Of a stretch of DNA of 64,000 nucleotides, positions 39,651 to 48,305 are shown in pieces (positions within the stretch are counted from its first letter, which is position 1; every line of letters starts with the position of its first letter). Made by a program: the position numbers and the translations under genes. The DNA comes from Patescibacteria group bacterium (GTDB lineage Bacteria > Patescibacteriota > Minisyncoccia > Phycocordibacterales > UBA1006), in contig JAQBQS010000010.1 of the NCBI GenBank assembly GCA_028286885.1, forward strand, positions 19,148 through 83,147. The letters run 5' to 3'. A model generated the notes under the pieces. That model saw only the letters and a program-made list of their open reading frames with translations. It did not search any database and was not told the origin of the DNA.

Positions 39651-39755
39651 GGCGACAGTATACGCATTTTTTTCCAAGACAAAAGCCCCGAAGGGCTTTT
39701 GAGTGAGAGCACTCACGAGAGAACGTTTGTACAAAGTGTATTTAAACAGTAAGGG

Positions 39756-41897
39756 TTACTGTTTTGGAGTCGGATGGTACACAGTGTATTCTCCCGTTGG
39801 TGCACCCGTGATAATCGTCGGAGTAGGCGCAGTTGGCGCCGGAGCCGGATTATGGACGATCATTGTCGTCGGAGCTTCCCTGCGCCAGTAGTGGCGCGCG
39901 ATGAGGACGATGATGAGAATGATCAGCAAGATGATAAGCCATCCTGCAAGCGAGTTAGGAAGGAATCCGAGTCCGAAGAGCGAAGCTCCGAGAACCGACC
40001 CGTCGACGATTGAGAACGTATCCGCGTCATACGCGATTGCGTTTTCCGTCGCCGTCGTCTTTGGATTTTCGAACGCCATGACAGCCTGAGCTACCACAGG
40101 GTCGCCGTCCTTGAGTCCTGCATCGATCTGTCCTGAAATCGTCATCTCTCCCGTCTCATGAGCATCGAGGCTCGAGATCTGGTAGACGACTGATGACTTC
40201 TTGGTTTCAATGGCTCCTCGGTCCGTATCGGTAATGACCATCTGGCTTGGGAAGTTAACTTCCAAAACCAAGTTGTTCAATTTCGTTCCGGTGAGGTTTG
40301 TCCATGAAACATCGTATGCCGTGTCCTTGCCTTCTCGGACCACGTCTCGGTGGTTGTCGATCATCAACTTGATGAACGAGCTTCCGCCTCCGTTGCCCGT
40401 GTTAACGGTAACGTATCGCGTGATGGTCGTGTCGCGGACGGTCGTACCAGAGGTCGTGAATGACTGGATAGAACCGCTTGCGGTTCCGGCACAGTTATTG
40501 CCGACTGCCTGGTAGTAATAGGTCGTGTTCGGAGAAAGGTTCTGCAATGCCTGTGACATGCTGCCTGAACCTGTTCCTCGATTAACCGTACCAGTTGATT
40601 GTCCGAGCGCCTGCGTCCTTCCGTAATTGAAGTACGTGCTTACCGAACATGTCGAGTTGTAGTATCCGTCGACGACGGCAACTGATCCTCCGATTGAAAT
40701 CGTCCCGAGGGTCGAAATGCTTGGAAGCTGGTTGACGGGCGTCGGAGTAGGATATACGCAGTATGATCCGTTCCATGTTCCTGTTCCGCAGTTCTGAACG
40801 ATCGGCGTACAGTTAGGATAGTATCCCGTCGTACCTGATGGACAGTTCTGCTGAATTGGAACACAGTTCGGCCAGATACCTGTCGTGTTCCCCGTACAAT
40901 ACTGATTATTGTTGATTGGAACGCAGTTAGGCCAAACACCTGTTGTGTTTCCGGTGCAGTACTGCTGGATCGGAACACAATTTGGATATGATCCCGTTGT
41001 TCCAGAACCACATACAGGAGTGCTTCCGTAGATCACAAATGTCTGATCTTCTCCGAAAACTGTTCCGTATGAGTTTGTCGCGACTGCTTCGTACGTGTAC
41101 GTTCCTCCTGGAAGTCCCGTAAGCGCATAATTGAAGTTTCCGCTCGAAACTCCTCGGGAAACAGAACCGATTCCTGTTGTCCATGATCCTCCGTTCACGC
41201 GGTACTGAAACGATGTGGTCGTTGCGTAGCCGTTTGAATTGAAGTAACCGTTCAAGGTAACGTTTCCGTTATTTGAATCGACGGGCTGAGCCGGAGTCGT
41301 GTGGACCGTAGGCTTCTGTCCCTGGTCGTTACATGACGTACATGTATCGCTTCCGGTTACCTTGAATGAAATCTTGGCAACTCCCTGCTGCGACCATCCT
41401 GAGCCGAGGGTTCCAACTGTGTAGCCGGATCCCATAAGCTGCGTGACGGAAATGCTCTGGGGATTTGCTCCGCCGTTGTATTCGTTCTGGGCGCGTACAG
41501 GGACGAGTGTCGCTGACGAGTCCAAACTGATTGTAGCGGAACCGGTTGAAACGGTTGATCCGTTAACCTTGATTCCACCGTTCAATGTAAACGAGTTGGC
41601 AGCCGACGTTCCCGGGTTATCGATGTAAACCGATACTCCCGAAACAGACGACGAGCTTGTGTTGTGATAATAGATGGCAAACGTCACCGTATCGCCGACT
41701 TTGGCGGTATCTGACGTAAACCAACATCCGTATCCGGTCGTCGGAGCGTTTCCGTTCCGCGCAACCGTTACAGTCGGACAGTCAGCGCCCTGTGAAGAGT
41801 CGTTGAATGTTCCCGCGGCAAAAGCGCTTGACGCTGTCGTAAAGACGACGGCGAGCATGGCGGCGATTGCTGCGATTTTGGTAATTGTTTTAAACAT
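39756..41897 (-). CDS. large cell-surface protein with Ig/FN3-like domains, Cys repeats and C-terminal TM
   Basis: signal peptide AFA|A; four CxxxTTGx(Y/W)PNCxPI repeats; L.PNTTYYY; TM near C-terminus. Confidence 0.9.
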   Translation of the reverse strand: MFKTITKIAAIAAMLAVVFTTASSAFAAGTFNDSSQGADCPTVTVARNGNAPTTGYGCWFTSDTAKVGDTVTFAIYYHNTSSSSVSGVSVYIDNPGTSAANSFTLNGGIKVNGSTVSTGSATISLDSSATLVPVRAQNEYNGGANPQSISVTQLMGSGYTVGTLGSGWSQQGVAKISFKVTGSDTCTSCNDQGQKPTVHTTPAQPVDSNNGNVTLNGYFNSNGYATTTSFQYRVNGGSWTTGIGSVSRGVSSGNFNYALTGLPGGTYTYEAVATNSYGTVFGEDQTFVIYGSTPVCGSGTTGSYPNCVPIQQYCTGNTTGVWPNCVPINNNQYCTGNTTGIWPNCVPIQQNCPSGTTGYYPNCTPIVQNCGTGTWNGSYCVYPTPTPVNQLPSISTLGTISIGGSVAVVDGYYNSTCSVSTYFNYGRTQALGQSTGTVNRGTGSGSMSQALQNLSPNTTYYYQAVGNNCAGTASGSIQSFTTSGTTVRDTTITRYVTVNTGNGGGSSFIKLMIDNHRDVVREGKDTAYDVSWTNLTGTKLNNLVLEVNFPSQMVITDTDRGAIETKKSSVVYQISSLDAHETGEMTISGQIDAGLKDGDPVVAQAVMAFENPKTTATENAIAYDADTFSIVDGSVLGASLFGLGFLPNSLAGWLIILLIILIIVLIARHYWRREAPTTMIVHNPAPAPTAPTPTIITGAPTGEYTVYHPTPKQ

Positions 41898-42128
41898 AAT
41901 GTAATAGTTCTCTCGTGAACTAGTTATTTTATAGCTACCGTCTTTTCCCTGGGTTCGACGCGAAACAAACCCCTTTCGAGATTCGTTTCTATGCATATGA
42001 ATAAAAATTCATAGATAAGGGAAAGGACTGCATCTATGAACTTTCGAGGTGCTCTCAAAAGCTCAATAAAAGGGATCAGCATATCTTGCGATAGTGGCTG
42101 ATCCAATAAGAGGTCTGATGTGAAAGAA

Positions 42129-43352
42129 CTATTGGGGGTAAGTACCTGTCCAATGCTGTCCGGTCGTAGTAGTACCGGTTTGCGTTGTGCCAGTGTTGTA
42201 AAGCTCTGCACCCGTCCAACGCTGACCTTGCTGAAGCGGTAACTGTTGCTGCTGTCCGCCGTTATTAATGATAGTCGTATTAGTCTTCTTTGGAAGAAAA
42301 AGTCCTACAACATCGACGGCAACATCGGCCCATACTCCGACAGCGGTTGCCGTTGTAGCATTGGCCGTGCGCTTCAGATATTTGTTATTTGAAGCGGCAA
42401 ACGGATCAACAGCAGTAACGTATTGCGTTGTACCTTGATTGACCGTTTGGCCAGAGTAACCTCCAGGTGTCCATGTGCGGTTTGTACCGGCAGGGGTCCT
42501 TGATGACTCATCAGGCACCCAATCGCTAGACTTAGGAGCAGTGGGCGTAGCAGGTGCGGCAGGTGCAGCATAGGTATACGCTGGCGCCGCAGGCTGAGTA
42601 ACAGTACTGTTGCCTGAGTTCTCGATCGAATTGCCAGTGACGGTGATATTGATATCACCAATGGTTCCGCGATCGTAGGTACGCTCGCTGCCATCTTGTC
42701 CATGGATCTTGACCTTTCCCTTCGAAGCCTGCTTCTTGTCGAAATCTTCAAAACCAGAACCCTTCTTGGGAGCATTCAACGGAGCAGACCAGTAACCGAC
42801 CATATCTTTGATAGGGTTGGCACAGTAGTCGCTCGCCATCGCATACCTCCTGCCAGAGCGCTTGTTTGTAAAAACAAAGACACCTTCATCATCGCTGTAA
42901 TTCTCACGAGTTATCTCACCGGTTTTTCCGTTGAGAGCCTCGTCGAAAGACAGGAATGTGTGCTTGCCCGGCATCGCTTTTTCAAAATCTACATGACCGA
43001 GGAGCGCCGCTTCAGCCTGCTGCACTGTCGTGATCTTCTTTGGCGTCTTTCCGTCCGATTGGAAGTAGAAAGGGTCGCTGTCGTTGATCGCGTTGAGCTG
43101 GGCGAAGATGATGTTGTGCATCGTTGGGAGCAGCCTTGGCATTGCCTTGAAGAAATCTTCTCTGGGAAGCTCAGGATAGAATGCAGTAATATCGCTTGGA
43201 ATTTCTCCGTAGAGATACAAGCGAACATACTGTTTGACTGTGATCTTGTGAGCAGCAGAGTCTCTGCTGTTTTGCCCATCAAATGGGATGCCTTTTGCAA
43301 ATGTTGCTACTGCGAACATTACAAGGAACTTGAGAATTATTACTTTTTTCAT
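42129..43352 (-). CDS. secreted hypothetical protein (orphan)
   Basis: signal peptide, T/Q/G-rich tail; TTGACA at 43462-43457. Confidence 0.8.
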   Translation of the reverse strand: MKKVIILKFLVMFAVATFAKGIPFDGQNSRDSAAHKITVKQYVRLYLYGEIPSDITAFYPELPREDFFKAMPRLLPTMHNIIFAQLNAINDSDPFYFQSDGKTPKKITTVQQAEAALLGHVDFEKAMPGKHTFLSFDEALNGKTGEITRENYSDDEGVFVFTNKRSGRRYAMASDYCANPIKDMVGYWSAPLNAPKKGSGFEDFDKKQASKGKVKIHGQDGSERTYDRGTIGDINITVTGNSIENSGNSTVTQPAAPAYTYAAPAAPATPTAPKSSDWVPDESSRTPAGTNRTWTPGGYSGQTVNQGTTQYVTAVDPFAASNNKYLKRTANATTATAVGVWADVAVDVVGLFLPKKTNTTIINNGGQQQQLPLQQGQRWTGAELYNTGTTQTGTTTTGQHWTGTYPQ

Positions 43353-43507
43353 TGTAAATTGATTTTAGTGTTTAAGAATTTGAATTATTTGTTAGAAAAT
43401 ATATATGTTGATTCGGTTTCCCTATTTGAGACTATCTTAGCATATTCAGCTTTGATTGTCAACCCCCTCCCCCTATGGCCTTTGGGGTATACTGTTTGAC
43501 AAGAATT

Positions 43508-45700
43508 ATGGCAACTTATCACGAGGACGAACAGAATAAGCTGATCGGCGACCTTCGCGTGCAAGAAGAAGAATCTTTTACGCAAAACACGGCCGACCAG
43601 ATCGGCGTTCCTTACGTAGACCTTACGGGAATGACCATCAATACCGACGCCTTGCGCCTCATTACCGAGGAAAATGCAAAAAAGGGCGAGCTCGCCGCCT
43701 ACTCGATGGTAGGCAAAAAACTCGAAGTCGCCGTGAAATCTCCGACAAATGAAACGGCCATTTCCGAGCTCTCGCGACTCGAGGGATTGGGATATCAGAC
43801 AAGCCTCTCGATGGTTTCAGAGCGCAGTCTTGCGAAAGCCTGGTCGCGCTACGGAGACCTCTCCGCTTCCGAGGTTTCGCGCGGAGGACTTCTCGACATT
43901 TCAGACGAGGCGCTCCAGGAAATCGCGGCAACGGTGCACGCCAACGACGACGTCAAAAAAAGGCTCGAGGATATTTTTCAGAAAAAAAACAGCCACGAGA
44001 TTTCCGAGATCATGGAAACCATTTTCGGTTCGGCCATTGCGCTCAAATCTTCCGACGTCCACATCGAACCGGAGGAAACGTTCGTGCGCTTGCGACTGCG
44101 CGAAGACGGCGTACTCCAGGAAATCGTGCAGATGGATCCGACGCTCTATGCGCGGCTTTTGAACCGCGTGAAATTCATTTCCGGAATGAAATTGTCCATT
44201 ACCGAAATGGCACAGGACGGAAGGTTTACGATCGTCTACAAGGGCGTCGAAATTGAAGTCCGTGTTGCGGTTGCGCCAGGCGCGTACCAAGAATCCATCG
44301 TACTCCGAATTTTGAACCCCGAAGGCTTGGCGGTTGATTTCGAAAAATTGGGAATCGAGCCGAAACTCTTCAAGGTTTTTGAGCGTGAAATTGCCAAACC
44401 AAACGGAATGATCCTGACGACCGGTCCGACCGGTTCCGGAAAGACAACGACGCTCTACTCGTTCCTCAAGAAAATTTACGATCCTGAAATCAAGATCATT
44501 ACGATCGAGGATCCGATCGAGTACCATCTCCCGGGCATTACGCAGGAACAGGTTTCGCACGAGAAAGGATTCGACTTCTTGGCGGGACTGCGCGCGGCAT
44601 TGCGCCAAGATCCGGATGTCATTATGGTCGGAGAAATCCGCGACAAGGAAACGGCGACGATTGCGATCAACGCATCGCTCACGGGCCACATGGTATTCTC
44701 GACACTCCACACCAACAATGCGGCAGGAACCATTCCCCGATTGCTCGACCTCGGAGTACAGCCGGGAATTCTCGCGGCGGCGCTCACCGTTTCGATTGCG
44801 CAGCGACTCGTACGAAAGCTCTGCCCTGTCTGCAAGAAGCAGATCGAGCTTGACCAAGAAAAACAAACGCTGATCCGGGCAATCATTGACCATGCAACCA
44901 AAGCCGGAAAAGATTTCGCATCTTATAATATCCGGTCTGACATGCCGATTGTCGCCTACGGACCTGTCGGATGCGACCAATGCCATAACGGGTTCAAGGG
45001 GCGCCTGGGACTCTACGAAGCGATCCTCACCGACGACGCGATCGCATCGATGATGACGCGCGTGCCGCCGCCGACCGAGCGCGACATCAAGCGCGCTGCC
45101 GAACACCAAGGAATCTTCACGATGATCGAGGACGGCGTCATCAAGATCCTGACAGGCGTCACGTCGTTTGACGAGATTCAGAGCGTCGTAGATCTCTCCG
45201 AAGACGTTGGAGCCGACGCCGCGCGCGATGAAGCGAATGGAGTTTCTCCCTCCCCTGCCAAGGGGAGGGCCGGGGTGGGGTTTGAAAATTCCGACACGCA
45301 ACAAAACCCCCTCCCAGCCTCCCCCTTAGCAGGGGGAGGAGCCGAACCCGTCGCCACATTTCAACCCGAAACAACCATAGGCGAAGAACTCTCGCTCCTA
45401 GTCGACTATTTGAAGCTTCTCGAATCGATGGAATCGAAAAATCCCGGTACGAGCACCTCGCAAAAAATCGAGCGCGCCAAGCACATGATCCTCTCGATGC
45501 TCGAAAACGCGCCGAACCTGGAAGCCTTGTTCGCAAGTTCGAATCCCGGCGTTGCGGTGAAATCCCAGATTGAATCTCTTGTAAACGATTTGCACGACCT
45601 GCAGCTCGAGCAAGAAAAAAATCCGAGCATGTCGGTTGCCAATAAACTCGCGGGAATTCGTAGCACCATAGAAACGATGACGCGTGAAGTAGCGCGATAA
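43508..45700 (+). CDS. pilB: GspE/PilB family type IV pilus ATPase
   Basis: SDVHIEP, GPTGSGKT, LRQDPDVIMVGEIRD, TGHMVFSTLH, CxxC...CxxC. Confidence 0.95.
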   Translation: MATYHEDEQNKLIGDLRVQEEESFTQNTADQIGVPYVDLTGMTINTDALRLITEENAKKGELAAYSMVGKKLEVAVKSPTNETAISELSRLEGLGYQTSLSMVSERSLAKAWSRYGDLSASEVSRGGLLDISDEALQEIAATVHANDDVKKRLEDIFQKKNSHEISEIMETIFGSAIALKSSDVHIEPEETFVRLRLREDGVLQEIVQMDPTLYARLLNRVKFISGMKLSITEMAQDGRFTIVYKGVEIEVRVAVAPGAYQESIVLRILNPEGLAVDFEKLGIEPKLFKVFEREIAKPNGMILTTGPTGSGKTTTLYSFLKKIYDPEIKIITIEDPIEYHLPGITQEQVSHEKGFDFLAGLRAALRQDPDVIMVGEIRDKETATIAINASLTGHMVFSTLHTNNAAGTIPRLLDLGVQPGILAAALTVSIAQRLVRKLCPVCKKQIELDQEKQTLIRAIIDHATKAGKDFASYNIRSDMPIVAYGPVGCDQCHNGFKGRLGLYEAILTDDAIASMMTRVPPPTERDIKRAAEHQGIFTMIEDGVIKILTGVTSFDEIQSVVDLSEDVGADAARDEANGVSPSPAKGRAGVGFENSDTQQNPLPASPLAGGGAEPVATFQPETTIGEELSLLVDYLKLLESMESKNPGTSTSQKIERAKHMILSMLENAPNLEALFASSNPGVAVKSQIESLVNDLHDLQLEQEKNPSMSVANKLAGIRSTIETMTREVAR
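45246..45341. repeat. inverted pair of REP-like repeats in-frame in pilB
   Basis: CCCTCCCCTGCCAAGGGGAGGG-CCGGGGTGGGG and CCCCCTCCCAGCCTCCCCCTTAGCAGGGGGAGG. Confidence 0.8.
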
Positions 45701-45766
45701 AAATGATTTGTGTAATGTGAAATGGACCGCGAGTCGCACCGTCTGGTAGACCCGGTTGTTTTGAAG

Positions 45767-45838
45767 AAACGCTTGGGGACAGTCGAATTCATTTTTTTAG
45801 AAGAATGGATTCCGTTGTTCCCAAGCGTTTTTTATTTT
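45767..45838 (+). terminator. long-stem intrinsic terminator after pilB
   Basis: AAACGCTTGGGGAC...GTTCCCAAGCGTTT then T run; G-U pairs favour + strand. Confidence 0.75.
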
Positions 45839-45846
45839 TGGAAAAT

Positions 45847-46556
45847 TTTTGCAAGAAAAAGAACCGAGCTGCTTGCGCAAACTCGGCCCGTAATTTTGGC
45901 GTTTTGGCATTCCTGCCGGGAAAGAAGTTTTAGCCTGCTTCTTCTTTTACTGAAGGATCGGGATAATATGGCGAACCATATTCTGCTTTTCCTCTCGCTA
46001 TCATTGCCACCTTGATTTGTTAAGAAGTAGTTGCTCCGAAGTAGCTGACTCCGTTTCAATTTACCTTGCCTTTGGCACCCGGTCGTCGAATTTTCATTCG
46101 TAACCGTCCCAGTACATTAACTTGTATTACATCCAGTTTACTCTGGTACTAACCGATAGAAAGAACTTTTTTGAATTATTATGCAGATTTTACTCCGCAC
46201 GCAATTTCAAAACATGCTCTCATCATCAGAAATCGACATACTTGGATAAACAAATATACCTATTTCCGATGATGAAAACCGTGATTTTTTCAAACGCACG
46301 AATCTGCAAGACATATCTCACACCCGAAAGCATGAGGCCCCACCAAGAGATAAGGAGATCCCCAGGGGTCAACGGTACAAGCCGAGGTCCCAGAGAATCC
46401 TTTCAACGAAGCAGAAACGACCGCGAGATCGCATCCCTTGCAGATTCGTATTTTCGAACAAAATAATGACCGTCGGTGACGACGGATTTGGTTCACAGCG
46501 CTTACAAAGAAAATTCGGCCCGAGTAAAACTATATCAAGTCCTGTACCTTCTTGCA
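45847..46556 (-). ncRNA. candidate large (~700 nt) structured non-coding RNA, family not recognised
   Basis: consensus promoter, no credible ORF, more than 10 helices with UUCG/GNRA loops and G-U pairs on - strand, complementary ends. Confidence 0.75.
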
Positions 46557-46560
46557 ACAC

Positions 46561-46589
46561 AGTATAGCAAAATTAAATACTTTTGTCAA
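46561..46589 (-). promoter_or_regulatory. sigma70 promoter of the candidate ncRNA
   Basis: TTGACA(46589-46584)-17-TATACT(46566-46561) with extended TG. Confidence 0.85.
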
Positions 46590-46710
46590 GTATTTCCCTT
46601 GGTATTTCCAAGATTCCTTTTTAAAACCCTGAAAAACCCTTACGTAACAACTATGCAAGTTCATTATGTGTCCGTTCGTTCACATTTTTTCTTTGTGATA
46701 TACTTGGCAT

Positions 46711-47712
46711 ATGAGTTCTGATGTAAACACTTCATCCACACCTTTGTCCCCAAAACAGCTCGACTCCGATTTGCGGCCGGGATCATGGGAAGACTATATC
46801 GGCCAGCATTCTATCAAGGAAAACTTGAAAATTTTACTTGGCGCGGCGCACGGACGGGGACACACGGCTGAACATATTCTCTTTTACGGTCCGCCAGGGC
46901 TTGGCAAAACGACCTTGGCGCATTTGATCGCCAAGGAAACAGGCCGCCAGATGAAAATCACCTCGGGACCCGCCATTGAAAAAGTCGGCGACTTGGCATC
47001 GATTCTCACAAACCTCGCCCCCGGCGACATCGTCTTTATCGACGAGATCCACCGATTAAACAAGATGATCGAGGAAGTCCTCTATCCCGCCATGGAGTCC
47101 GGCGTGCTCGACATCATCATCGGCAAGGGACCGAGCGCGCGAACGATCCAGCTCGAGCTTCCGCCGTTTACCATGGTCGCGGCCACGACGCGCATGGCGC
47201 TTCTCTCGGCGCCGCTTCGCTCGCGATTCTCCGGCGGAACGTTTCGGTTGGAATTTTATACCAACGACGAAGTCGCCGAGATCATCAAGCGGTCAGCGAA
47301 ACGGCTTGGCATTTCCATTCCTGACGATGCCGTCATGCAGATCGCACAGAGATCGCGCTCAACGCCTAGAACGGCAAACTATTTCCTCAAGCGCGTGCGC
47401 GACTACGCGCAGGTGCACGAGATGCCGATCAGTCTCGACAGCGTGAAGAAAGCGCTTGCCTTGATCGGCGTCGACGAAATCGGACTGACGTCCGCCGACA
47501 GGAATGTCTTGGAAATCATTATCCAAAAATTCAACGGCGGCCCGATCGGCATTAAAACCATTTCCGCCGCAACTTCGGAAGAAGAAGCTACGATCGAGGA
47601 AGTCATCGAGCCCTACCTCATCCAAACGGGCCTTCTTGAAAAAACCCCGCAGGGACGCAAGGCCACAAAGAGGGCGTTTGAGCATCTTGGATTTGATTTT
47701 ATTGAAGAATAA
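46711..47712 (+). CDS. ruvB: Holliday junction helicase RuvB
   Basis: LRP...YIGQ, GPPGLGKTTLA, FIDEIHRL, LYPAME. Confidence 0.98.
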   Translation: MSSDVNTSSTPLSPKQLDSDLRPGSWEDYIGQHSIKENLKILLGAAHGRGHTAEHILFYGPPGLGKTTLAHLIAKETGRQMKITSGPAIEKVGDLASILTNLAPGDIVFIDEIHRLNKMIEEVLYPAMESGVLDIIIGKGPSARTIQLELPPFTMVAATTRMALLSAPLRSRFSGGTFRLEFYTNDEVAEIIKRSAKRLGISIPDDAVMQIAQRSRSTPRTANYFLKRVRDYAQVHEMPISLDSVKKALALIGVDEIGLTSADRNVLEIIIQKFNGGPIGIKTISAATSEEEATIEEVIEPYLIQTGLLEKTPQGRKATKRAFEHLGFDFIEE

Positions 47713-47750
47713 AAAACCGTTCCCATTGGAACGGTTTTATTTTTACCGAA

Positions 47751-48191
47751 TTATTCGGGCAGCGAAGATATAAAGAATGTGTGATGATTATCCTCTAAGC
47801 TGATTTTTACAGTTGAAGTTCCCGCGGTTGTTTCGAATTTGTATCCGCCTGCGGCAAGTCCCGCTTGGATGGAGTTGGCCACCGAATCAAGTTTCTGACG
47901 AGGGACTATGATGCTCGCATAAACATACGGCGCATCAACCTGGCGACCTGCTTTGTCAAAAGTAGCATTGCTGATCGAGAGGGTCAGCGCCTGCTCTTTA
48001 AATTCGATACCTCTCATGCGAGGGTCGCTTGTTACAGTAACGCCCGGCCAGTTTGCCTTAGTATTTTCAATGACCTCGCTGAGCGTAAGCCGTTTTGCGA
48101 AAAATGGGTTGGTAGAGGCAATCCACCATATGCAGCCAACGAGCAGTCCGCCAGCTATGAAAGAAATAACCGTGCGCGAGATATTTTTCAT
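47751..48191 (-). CDS. membrane-anchored hypothetical protein (orphan)
   Basis: N-terminal TM; TTGACT/TGATAATTT upstream. Confidence 0.7.
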   Translation of the reverse strand: MKNISRTVISFIAGGLLVGCIWWIASTNPFFAKRLTLSEVIENTKANWPGVTVTSDPRMRGIEFKEQALTLSISNATFDKAGRQVDAPYVYASIIVPRQKLDSVANSIQAGLAAGGYKFETTAGTSTVKISLEDNHHTFFISSLPE

Positions 48192-48305
48192 CTTGTTTAG
48201 TTTTTGATTGAGAAATTTAATTTTAAATTATCATGCGTTGAATTATTAGTCAAATACTCTTTATGAAGATTATGTTCAGGATTTGGTTTTGATATACTGA
48301 TTTTC

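Noticed and set aside
40750-41015. Possible CRISPR array or DGR repeats
   Set aside because: Units are in-frame peptide repeats with synonymous divergence; no spacers, cas genes or reverse transcriptase
41950-41990. c-di-GMP-I riboswitch suggested by the GAAA-capped stem
   Set aside because: Lacks the GGCAAAC and GACGCAAAGC conserved context
43901-45304. 467-aa minus-strand ORF (and similar ones such as 50989-51771, 51941-52831, 25297-26175)
   Set aside because: Antisense shadows of well-supported genes caused by codon bias
45847-46556. Canonical RNase P RNA, tmRNA or self-splicing intron
   Set aside because: No GAGGAAAGUCC with matching 3' P4 strand, no tRNA-like ends, no group II domain V, and no interrupted host gene; only partial RNase P-like words, so left unassigned
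45722-46721. Short ORFs in the track across the pilB-ruvB gap
   Set aside because: Mostly non-ATG starts, no motifs, overlapping on both strands; RNA structure explains the region better
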